DNA of 64,000 nt. Origin: Mobula hypostoma (Eukaryota). The notes under the pieces are model-generated. The model was not told the DNA's origin. It saw nothing but the letters and a program-made list of their open reading frames with translations, and did no database searches. Numbering within the stretch: the stretch's first letter is position 1; every line of letters starts with the position of its first letter. The position numbers and the translations under genes are program-made. Positions 54,022-64,000 of the stretch are shown here, one piece after another. The DNA lies in contig NC_086097.1 of assembly GCF_963921235.1 (NCBI RefSeq), forward strand, positions 142,664,001-142,728,000, read 5' to 3'.

Positions 54022-54393
54022 TAGCCGACGGGTCTCAAACCCTTGGTGAGATAGGGAGTTGTCTATCCCAGCATGTGAAGACAGACTCCGGCGGATTGAG
54101 CGGACGAGACCAATGGAAGGTCCAACGGTCAAGAAGGCAGTCTCTGCAAGCGTCGTGGAACTTGTAGAGCAGGACAAGACACAGAAGACGTCCTGGTCAT
54201 CCACTGCGCCTAGTCCCTTCTCCAGCCGTCTAGACTCTGTCTTGCCACTGGATCCAGATGGGAATTGGGAAAAGAGAGTGAGGCTGACGCTGCGCAACTC
54301 TCCCTCACTTAAATCCAAATCACGCGCTAGTCTCGACACCATCATTATGGTGTCGAGGTCCTCATCGACGTCAACGATGGACGAACAACAACA
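53837..54393 (+). mobile_element. non-autonomous retroelement (probably RTE-clade derived) with 5' HDV-like ribozyme
   Basis: GC/CpG-rich insert interrupting a CR1; no credible ORF; 3' hairpin 54332-54357 and (CAA)n tail. Confidence 0.75.
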
Positions 54394-56039
54394 AATACAG
54401 ATGCAAAAATCCATTTAAGGTCTCGTGTATCTCTTGGCTCCATGCATAGATTACCACTCTGATCTTCTAGCGAACCAATTTTGAACCTTGCTATCCTTTT
54501 GCTCTAAAATATACGTGTAGAAGCCCTCAGGATTATCCTTCAGGTTGTCTACTGGACCACCTTAATGCCTTCTTTTAGCCTTGCTGATTTCCTTAAGTGT
54601 GCTCTTGCATTTCTTATGCTCTTTAAGAACCAGATTAGTTTCTGCCTGCCTATACCTGCTATGAACCTCTTTCTTTTTCTTAACCAGAGCCTCAATATCT
54701 CTCAGAAATCAAGGCTCCCCAAACCGGTTATCATTGCTTTTATTCCGACAGGAACATACAAATTCTGTACTCTCAAATTTTCACTTTTAAAGGCCTCCCA
54801 CTTACCAAGTACACCTTTGTCAGAAAATAACCTGTCCCAATCCACACTTACGAGATCATTTCTGATAACATCAAAATTGACCTTTCTCCAATTTAGAATC
54901 TCAATCTGAGGACCAAAACTATTCCTTTCTATAATTATCTTGAAACTAATGGCATTATGATCACTAGATGCAATGCATTCCCCTATAAAAATTTCTCTCA
55001 CCTGCCTTGTGTCATTTCCTAATCTAGTGTCACTCTCTCTCTTGTTGGACTTCTATGTACTGATTAAGAAAATTTTCCTGAACACATTTGACAAACTCTT
55101 TCTCATACAGCCCTTTTATAGTATGGGAGTCTCAGTTAATATGTGAAAAGTTAAAATCACCCACTAACACAACCTTATTTTTCTTGCAGTCTACTATTCC
55201 TATACAAATTTGCTCCTCTAAATCCCGTGGACTATTGGGTGGTCTATAATATCCCATTAATGTGGTTATACCTTTCTTATTTCTCGTTCTACCCATACGT
55301 CTGCACTAGACAAGCCCTCCGGTATCCTGAATGAGCACTACCGTGACATTTTCCTGACTAGTAATGGCACTCCTCTCTCTTTAATCGTTCTTGCTCTATC
55401 ATGCAGAAAACAATGAAACCCCAGAATATTGAGTTGCAAGTCCTGCCCCGCTGCCAGCAAGTCTCACTAATGGCTACAATGTCATAATTCCACATACTGA
55501 TCCATGCTCTAAGCTCATCTGCCTTTTCTACAATACTGCTTTCATTGAAATAAACACAGCTCAGAACATTAGTCCCAACTCAGCATATTCAACCTTTTGA
55601 TTCCTGACTTTGTGTGTAAGCTTAAGAATATCTTTCCCCACAACCACTGTCCTGGTGCTCTGGTTTCCATCTCCTTGAAACTCCAGTTTAAACTGCACCC
55701 CCCTCCCCCACCATGTAGCACTAGCAAACCCTTTTACTAGGATGTTAGTCTCCCCCTACCCCAGTTCAGGTGCAAACTGTCCCTTCTGTACAGGTCCCAC
55801 TTTCCCTAGATGAGAGGCCAATGATCCAAATATCTGATGCTCTCCTTCCTGTATCAATTCCTTAGCAAAGTGTTAAACTGTATGATCTTCCTACTTCTGG
55901 CCTCACCAGCATATGGCACAAGTAGCAATTCTGAGATCACAACCTTGGAGGTCCTGTCCTTTAGCTTAGCACCTAACTCTCTGAACTCACTTTGCAGGAC
56001 TCTGTCACCCATCCAACCCATGTCATGGCAGCTTTCATC

Positions 56040-57660
56040 TTAAGACCAGAAGACACAAGAAAAGTATTAGGCCATTCAACCCACTGAGACTGCTCTGCCA
56101 TTCGATCATGACTCATTTATTTCCCCCCTCAGCCCCATTCTCAGGACTTTTCCCCTGCAACCTTTGACGGCCTGACTAACCAAGAAACCATTCGCCTCTG
56201 CTTTAAGTAAACAATGATTTGGCCTCCACAACTGCCTGTGGCAATGAATTCCACAGATTACCTTCTGGCTAAATAAATTCCTCCTCATCTCTGTTCTAAA
56301 ATGGCTTCCGGTCCTAGATTCTCCCACTGTTGGAAGCATCCCCTTAGTTAGGACTTCAATATTCTACAGGATTTAACGAGACCCTCCTCATTCTTCTAAA
56401 CTCCAATGAGTACAGGCCCAGAGAATAAAATGCTGCTCACACATTGGCCCCTTTCACTCCCAGGATCATTCTCATAAACCTCCTCTGGACCCTCTCCAAT
56501 GCCAGCATTGGGACCTAACTAGGCTCACTAAACTCCAAATGTGTTCTGACCGATGCCGTATAAAAATCCTAGCATTACATCTTTGTTATTATATTCTAAT
56601 CCTCTTGAAACGAATGACAACATTGCATTTGCCTTCCTTACTACTGATTCAACCTAGAAGATAACCATTACGGAATCCTGCACCGATTTACACCTCTGAT
56701 TTCTGAATTCACTCCATTTAGAAAAGAGGGTACGCCGTTATTCCTTTGAACAAAGTGTATATTCATGCACTTCCGTATATTGCATTCCATCTGTATGGCC
56801 ATTCTTTGCCCATTCTTCTAATTCTCCAAATCCTTCTGCAACTGCCCTGCTTCCTCAACACTACCTGTCCTCTACCTATTTTTGTAATGTCTGCAAACGT
56901 GGTCATAAAGCCATCAATTCCACCATCTAGATCACTGACATATAGGTGAAAAGAACCGGTCCCAGAACTGACTTTTGCGGAACCTCACTAATCACTGGCA
57001 GCCAACCAAAATAAAAAGGCCCTCTTTATTCCCACTCGTTTGTCTCCTTCCAGTCAAACAATCTTCTGTCCTTGCTAGTATCTTTCCTGTAATACTATGG
57101 GCTCTTATCTTGCTCAGCAGCACCTTGCCAAAGGCCTTCTAAAAATTCAAGTAAACAACATTCACGTACTCTTCTTTGTTTAACTTGCCTTTTATTTCCT
57201 TGAAGTCTAACAGATTAGCCAGGTAAGATTCTCGATACTGACTTCAGCTGATTTTATCCTGTGCCTCCAAGTACCCTGAAACCTCATCCTAAATAATGGA
57301 CTATAACATCTTCCCACCATCAGGCTAACTGGCCTATAATTTCCTGCCTTTTGCCTCCATCCTCCTTAAAGAGATGATTGATATTTGCAGTTTTCCAGTC
57401 TCCAGGAACCATTACAAAAACTAGTGATTCTTCAAAGATTACTACTAATGCCCCATAATCTCTGCAGTCACCTCTTTCAGAACGCTGGGCTGAATCCATC
57501 TGGTCCATGTGACTTACCTACCTTCAAACCATTTAAGCTTCCCAAGCACCTTTTCCTTAGGAATAAGTGACTACACTCACTTCTGCCCACTAATAATCTT
57601 GCATTTCTGGTGTGCTGCTGGTGTCTTCTACAGTGAAGACTGATACAAAGCACTTCATCT
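56040..57660 (-). mobile_element. degenerate CR1 LINE
   Basis: FRTEMRRNLFSQ, LKVGKSHGPDG, VPGDWKTAN remnants. Confidence 0.8.
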
Positions 57661-58739
57661 ACATCTTCATGCAAATTAGATAATTCAAATGTATTTGCAT
57701 TCAATTTTTGGGATTAACGTTTTGCCGGCAAGACCAACATTTGTTACTCATCCTTAATCACACCCAAGATGTAGTAGCAATTAGTGCAATAGCCAGTCTG
57801 GTGACAGTACTCTCACAACATTGATGGGCAAGGAGTTCGGGAAGATCGGCACAAAGATGGCGAAGGAACAGTGATGCACTTCCAAATCAGGATAATGTAT
57901 GATTTGGAGAGGAAGCCGGAATTAGTGGCGTTTCCATCCACCCTCTGCCCTTGTCCTTCTTAGAGGCGATGTTTTCTGATTTTGGAGGTGATACCAGAAT
58001 AATTAAATAAGTAGTTCATTTTATAGATGGAAATTGACTTATCTACAATCTGTATATATGGTCAATTGCTTCTAGAGATAGCAGGGTGGACTTGCCAAAT
58101 GCTGTGGGGTTGCAGACATCTTATGCCATGTGAGTTTGTGGCCTCGCTGCCAACTCACAATCTGCCTGGGTTACAAAGAGTTCAGAGGTTGAATCCTGCT
58201 GTAACCTGAGGAGGTTCTCTAGTTTGACTGGGAGTTAATTCGCCAGATTAGATATATTCTATTTTTTTGTGAAAAGGACATACCTATGCAATTCTTCCAC
58301 AGTGTCAGGAAGATGCCACTGTGGTAAACATACTTAACATCTTGGTTAGAAATACTGCTAGTTCTGTAGAAAAAAATCTTTAATATTATAGCTGCAAAGT
58401 TGTCTGGTCAAACAGCTTTGCTATATCTAGTGTTATTAATGCCTTCTTGATATTATGTAAAGACAATTAATAATGGGGATCTCCAAAGGAGACTGAGATG
58501 GGTCGTCTATTCTGCATATTTGGCTAGTCCCTGCAGTGGTGCTTTAGTTTGATCTTTAAGACAAACATTTGGAACCCTGCCAATGCTGAGAATTATGATT
58601 TCCTCAGACTCCTCCTGCTGTTAACAGTTTAATGAGCTAACAGTTTTAATGAGCCGTGTTCAACTATGCAGCTTTCATCTAATCTTTCTGTTGTAGGATC
58701 GGTTAGCTTTATCTGTTACATGCTATCTAGCTTGACAAA

Positions 58740-60150
58740 ACTTCCCAAACTGGGTCCTCTTTCCTGCTCCCTGAAATATGGGTTTCCCTCTGTAATTATT
58801 GACAGAATCCATGACTGTACCTTATCCATTTCCCAATCAGTGCTCTCACCACCTTTCTGCCAAGACAAAGCAAAGATAAAGTTCCCCTTCCATCACTTTA
58901 TACCTACCAGACTGGGCAGCTGATCATAATCCCCATAATTTCCACTTCCTTCAATCAGATTCTACCAACACAAACATCTTTCCTTCCTAGTATTCCAAAG
59001 GTACGCTCCACCATTCCATCAGGGCTGATTTATTTTCCCTCTCATCCCCATTCTCCTGCCTTCTCCCTATAACCTTTGATGCCCTTACTAATCAAGAACC
59101 TATCAACTTCTGTTTTAAATATACACTATGACTCAGTCTCCACAGCTGTCTGTGGCAATGATTTCCATAGATTCACCACTCTCTGGCTAAAGAAATTCCT
59201 CTTCACCTCTGTTTGAAAGGGATGCCCTGGTATTCTGAGGCTCTGCCCCCTCGTCCTCCACTATAGATCCACTCTATCTAGACCTTTCAATTTCTGATGG
59301 GTTTCAGAGAGATCCACCAAACCCCCCATCCCCCAATTCTTCTAAACTCCAGCGACTACAGACCCCAAGCCATCAAATGCTCCTCATATGTCAACCCTAC
59401 AACCTTTTCATTCCTGGAAGCATTCTTGTGAATCTTCTCTGGACCCTCTCCAATGCTAGCACATCCTTTCTTCGGCGAGGGGCCTAAAACTGCTCACAGT
59501 TTTGGGAGTTAAGGGAGCTAGGGCTTTACTTTTTGGAAAGAAGGAGGATGAGAGGAGACATGATAGAGGTATACAAGATATTAAGAGGAATAGATAGAGT
59601 GGATAGCCAGCGCCTCTTCCCCAGGGCACCACTGCTCAATACAAGGGGACATGGCTTTAAGGTAAGGGGTGGGAAGTTCAATGGGAATATTAGAGGAAAG
59701 TTTTTTACTCAGAGGGTGGTTGGTGCATAGAATGCACTGCCTGAGTCAGTGGTGAAGGGAGATACACTCGTGAAATTTAAGAGACCACTAGACAGGTATA
59801 TGGAAGAATTTAAGATAGGGGGTTATATGGGAGGCAGGGTTTGAGGGTCGGCACAACAATGTGGGCCGAAGGGCCTGTACTATGCTGTACTGGAGTACAT
59901 TCTATGTACTCCAAGTGCAGTCTGACCAATGCCTTATAAAGCCTTAGTTGCTTCTGCATTGGACAAATTAAATGGAGATTGTGTGTCTATTTTTGAAGCA
60001 CCTGTAACTTCCTTTCGCTCTCCACTTTAATTCTCTATCTCACTTCTACTCCTATTCCGCCCTGTCTGTGGTATCATATACTGCTGTAACTAGGCCCTGC
60101 ATGAGCTTCAGAAACAACACCTCATTTCTCATCTGGGTAACTGAACACTG
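58740..60150. mobile_element. nested cluster: Penelope-like remnant (+) interrupted by CR1 (-) which is interrupted by CR1 (+, ~59500-59905)
   Basis: MRGDMIEVYKILRGIDRV (+); CR1 3' UTR (-) at 59020-59500; cattggacaaattaaatggagatt and gaaacaacacctcatttc PLE-like pieces. Confidence 0.65.
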
Positions 60151-60427
60151 ATTAATACAAATTCAATTAACACTTCTTCTGGACATCCAAGAGGGTGAAA
60201 CTCAGGAATTAGCGATGGGAAGTTTGGAAATGCCAGAGATTTTGAACAAACAATACATAACTAGTTCATTGCAGCAGACATTAAAAGTATCCAAATAATA
60301 ACAGAACATCAGGGACAAAAGGAACTTAAAAATAGGCAACTAAAGGCCAACAAATTCTCCAGATTGAAACAGACCAATTCCTCCAACAAGGATTAAGTTA
60401 CAATTAACTGAACATTTAAATCCTTAC

Positions 60428-60443
60428 TGCATTCTCGTCTTCT
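60428..60443 (-). CDS. SETD2: SETD2 exon 2, 16-nt micro-exon (A GAA GAC GAG AAT GCA = EDENA)
   Basis: Minus strand caacag|AGAAGACGAGAATGCA|gtaagg. Length, phase and acidic content match the vertebrate 16-nt exon 2 as I recall it; the phase-0 end fits the exon 3 acceptor. Confidence 0.85.
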
Positions 60444-60677
60444 CTGTTGCCGATGATGAAGCAAGCCATGAAAGAAAAGAATAAAAACATAAGATTAGAA
60501 ACTCATTCTAATATAGAGGGACAATTTCATTAAGTTACACAGATTATTTTTCACATTCGCTTGAAGATGTGCACTTTCCCAACTATGTATCAAAAATATA
60601 TATAAATAATAAACTGCAACACACATCAAAGTTGCTGGTGAACACAGCAGGCCAGGCAGCATCTCTAGGAAGAGGTA

Positions 60678-60715
60678 CAGTCGACGTTTCAGGCCGAGAC
60701 CCTTCGTCAGGACTA
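60678..60715 (-). ncRNA. minimal hammerhead ribozyme motif (sense to SETD2 pre-mRNA)
   Basis: uaguc CUGACGA a ggguc uc ggccu GAAA cg UC/ gacug. Confidence 0.65.
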
Positions 60716-61216
60716 ACTGAAGGAAGAGCTAGTAAGAGATTTGAAAGTGGGAGGGGGAGGGGAGATCCAAAATGATAGGAGAAGACAGGAGGGGGAGGGA
60801 TGGAGCTAAGAGCTGGACAGGTGTTTGGCAAAGGGGATATGAGAGGATCATGGTACAGGAGACCCAGGGAGAAAGACAAGGGAGGGGAACCCAGAGGATG
60901 GGCAAGGGGTATAGTCAGAGGGACGGAGGGAGAAAAAGGAGAGAGAGAGAAAGAATGTGTGTATAAAAATAAAAAATCTCACTCTCCTTTTTCTCCCTCC
61001 GTCCCTCTGACTATACCCCTTGGCCATCCTCTGGGTTCCCCCCCCCCCCGCCCGTCTCTCTCCCCAGACCTCCTGTCCCATGATCCTCTCACATCCCTTT
61101 TACCAATCAACTGTCCAGCTCTTGGCTCCATCCCTCCCCCTCCTGTCTTCTCCTATCATTTTGGATCTCCCCCTCCCCCTCCCACTTTCAAATCTCTTAC
61201 TAGCTCTTCCTTCAGT

Positions 61217-61254
61217 TAGTCCTGACGAAGGGTCTCGGCCTGAAACGTCGACTG
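61217..61254 (+). ncRNA. minimal hammerhead ribozyme motif
   Basis: identical core to 60678-60715; predicted cut after GUC at 61249. Confidence 0.65.
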
Positions 61255-62148
61255 TACCTCTTCCTAGAGATGCTGCCTGGCCTGCTGAGTTCAGCAGCAA
61301 CTTTGATGTGTGTTGCTTGAATTTCCAGCATCTACAGAATTCCTGTTGTTTAAATAATAAACTGGCTGTTTTTTGTATAAGCTCATATGGCAACATTGGA
61401 ATACACTGAAGGACCAGTGATCCCTGATCCCAACCGTACCAATCATTAACATGGATCTAATTTTTACCCAGGCATAACAAGATTGCAGTTGGAAACAAGA
61501 ACCTTTGTTTCCCCCTTCATGGTTTCTTATTTTGTTTTACCAACAAATGTCACTGAAGTGATGGCTCAATTATTCCAGTTGCAGTTAATTGTGAAAAGAG
61601 CACAAGACTGGAGGGCTCTTACATACCTCGGCTATAATACGGGGTTTTTGCCTGAAGCGTCATGCTGTATGTGGAAATTTAGACATAAATGAGAAATCTC
61701 ACCGAAGAAGGCATCAAGGCAGAGATTGAGATCCACTTTTCGCTTGCCATTGAAACCTTGAAAGTTCCAATCCCACTCCAGACACCCAAGCACTTAAACT
61801 CAGTCTTCACGAAGCAGTATAGAGTAGACGGTGTCATACTCTTGTTAATATCACTTTTCAGGTCACAACAATCTGATATCTTTCTCTCACCTCCCTTCCA
61901 AGGATTGTGAACCTACAACATACATGCCCAAGGTAGCATGCACAAAAACTGTCTTGGACAACGGCATACAGAGCTGCCCCTCGATTCTTTAAATTCCACC
62001 CATACTAAACAAATACATAATGGTTATCTTTTTTACAATCTGAGAGCCATGAAATATTTTCACAGAAATGGCGCATGCTGGCTTGGTGCCAGCTTGAAAA
62101 CATGACAGCGTATGACACATTTTGAAATCCCTGCAGACCAGAGCTGTA

Positions 62149-64000
62149 CAGTGCCTGTAAAAAGTGTTCACCCTCCTTGGAGGTCTGTCTTCATGTTTTA
62201 TCGTTTTACAGCATTGAATCACAGTGGGTTTAATTTGGCTTTTTTCACTGATAACAGAAAAAGTCTCTTTTGTGTCAAAGTGAAAGCAAAAAGTGATCTA
62301 AATTAATTACAAATATTGTATAAGTATTCATCATCATCAAGTGCCATGCCCAGTTTGAGCTTTGACTACCAGGGCCCACACACTCCTGCTTTGGGTTAAG
62401 TGGATCAATTCATTGGTATTCATTTCCAGTTCTCTGGCTGTTGTCTCCATCATTATTTGTCTTTGCCTTCCTCTTGCTTTCTTCCCTTCAATCTTTCCCA
62501 TAATTACCATTCATGCTAACTTCTCTTTCCTAATCATATGTCCAATGAAGTTACATTGTCTTTTCATGATCTCATACATTATTTCTCTTTTTGTGCTTGC
62601 ACTGTTCATGACATCCTCGTTAGGTATTCGTTTCGTCCATGATATTCTTTGCATCCTCCTCTGCTGCTACAATTCGTTTCCTCATGTTACTAGACATTGT
62701 CCAACATTCTGAACCATATAACATAACTGGATAAACGTAACATTTCAGTACTCTGAGGCGGGATGTCATGCCTAGTTTAGTGTTGGTCAGTATATTCTTC
62801 ATTCTCGTAAAGGTGTCTTTTGCCATCCCTATTCTTCTTTTGATGTCATGTCGCATCTGCCATCTGATGTCACTCAGCTTCCTAAGCAGCAAAAGTTCTG
62901 TACTTGTTTTATGTCTTCCCACTTATTCTCAGCCTGCAGATAGGATTCTCCTTTTTGGATATCACCATACATTCTTGTCTTTTTGCTATTGATAGATAGA
63001 CCCATTTTTTCACTTTCTTCAACAACTATATCAATTAAGTTTTGTAGTTCTTCCTCCGTACTTGCAATTAACACAGTGTCACCCGCATATCTGAAATTAT
63101 TGATGATTTCACGCCAACTTTGATTCCCAAAGATGTCTCTTATTTTTTGTAATATTGTTTCACTGTACACATTAAACAAATCAGGGGAGAAAACACACCC
63201 TTGTCTAACGCCTCTCTTGATTTTCATAAACTGACTCACTTCTCCATCTATTCTTAGAGCGGCAGTTTATTCCCAGTACAGATTTCTGATTAGGCAGAGG
63301 TCTTTCGAATCTAGATCTAGAGTTTCCTGTAATATTTCAAATAACTTATTGTGCTTCACTTTATCAAATGCTTTTGTGTAGTCGATAAAACAAACAAACA
63401 AATCTTTTTGCACTTGAATAGCTCGTTCTGATAGAATCCTTAACACCAATATCGTGTTTCTTGTACCTTTGTCTTTCACAAAACCATATTGTTCTTTACC
63501 TATTTCAGCTTGTATCTTACTTCTAGCTCTTGTCATCAAAATTCTTAGAAGTATCTTAGTGATATGACTCATTAAATTCATGGTCCTATGTAATTCACAT
63601 TCTATTTAAAATATGAAGTTTGTAATGCAATAAATAAGATGAAGAAAGGAAAGGCAGCAGGACCTGTTGAATTAGCAATAGAACAAATTATCGTCCTCGA
63701 AGATTATGGAATTGAAAAACTTACTGATTTAATCAATGACATTTATAAGACACACTAAATTCACTGGTGCAGCCAATTTGTTTTAGAATTCACATAATTA
63801 GTTAAGTGGAGATCTGTGTTTTGGAGACTTGTGTGCAGTCAAGCTTGTTTCAATTGATTGTAGTAAAATTACACCTGTACCTGGAAGGACCAACTGCTGG
63901 TGAGTCAGTATCCTGGCAAAAAATACACCATGAAGACAAAAGAACACTCCAAACAACTCCACAAAAAGGTTATTGAAAAGCCCAAGTCAGGAGATGGATA
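62149..64000 (+). mobile_element. Tc1-family element 5' end (interrupted by RTE; runs off window)
   Basis: TA-cagtgcctgtaaaaagtgttcaccc TIR; transposase start MKTKEHSKQL..KVIEKPKSGDG near 63930. Confidence 0.8.
62328..63750 (-). mobile_element. RTE-clade LINE with 5' inversion
   Basis: GVRQGCVFSPDLFNVYSE, NNFRYAGD, FIDYTKAFDKV, VYPVMLYGSECW; (TGA)n tail; 63605-63750 reads MKKGKAAGP on +. Confidence 0.88.

Larger units (their letters stand above)
53255..56030 (-). mobile_element. degenerate CR1 LINE (host of the ribozyme-bearing insertion)
   Basis: SDHNAISFKI...LNWRKVNF and KSPGPD-like remnants; colinear on both sides of 53820-54393. Confidence 0.8.
2366..60443 (-). other. SETD2: SETD2 gene body (coding exons 2-18 visible; exon 1 and last exons outside window)
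   Basis: 17 exons with AG acceptors and GT donors (one GC donor) join in one frame (7606 nt). They encode the SETD2 N-terminal motif RFLPKGTKAKVNLEDQGRQKVSF, AWS, SET (NHSCEPNC), post-SET and WW domains. Confidence 0.97.
60617..61350. mobile_element. Penelope-derived inverted insertion flanked by 14-bp TSD
   Basis: Arms ~60617-60945 and ~60982-61315 are reverse complements; direct repeat taaataataaactg at 60603-60616 and 61351-61364. Confidence 0.85.

Noticed and set aside
53818..54418. 198-aa (-) and 110-119-aa (+) ORFs over the GC-rich insert
   Set aside because: No recognisable domain; long frames are expected by chance in GC-rich DNA; the RNA structure explains the region better.
60569..61409. 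Mirror-image ORFs (VSPDEGSRPETST...)
   Set aside because: Artefact of the inverted Penelope-derived repeat.
1..64000. CRISPR arrays, prokaryotic operons, intronic snoRNA/miRNA genes
   Set aside because: Sequence is a spliced vertebrate locus; no repeat-spacer array seen and no snoRNA/miRNA I could support by eye.

Overview
Eukaryotic (vertebrate) genomic DNA, most likely a cartilaginous fish (inferred from the CR1, V-SINE and Penelope-derived repeat landscape). The whole window lies inside one minus-strand gene, the H3K36 methyltransferase SETD2. I could place 17 consecutive coding exons (equivalent to human exons 2-18; 7606 nt, one continuous frame). They include a 16-nt micro-exon, a 4.7-kb exon 3, AWS/SET/post-SET exons and WW-domain exons. 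Exon 1 and the terminal SRI exons lie outside the window. Introns are packed with CR1, L1, Rex1/Babar-like, RTE and Penelope-like retroelements, Tc1/mariner, Tigger and hAT DNA elements, SINEs and a Gypsy remnant. Highlights: (1) a ~560-bp non-coding retroelement at 53837-54393 that begins with a well-formed HDV-like self-cleaving ribozyme fold and ends in a hairpin plus (CAA)n tail; (2) a TSD-flanked inverted Penelope-derived insertion with two minimal hammerhead motifs just upstream of the micro-exon; (3) a fold-back Tc1 element with ~770-bp arms; (4) a GC-AG intron; (5) a degenerate 39-aa tandem repeat in exon 3. Exon boundaries were read by eye; repeat boundaries are approximate and family names are from recognition, not database search.
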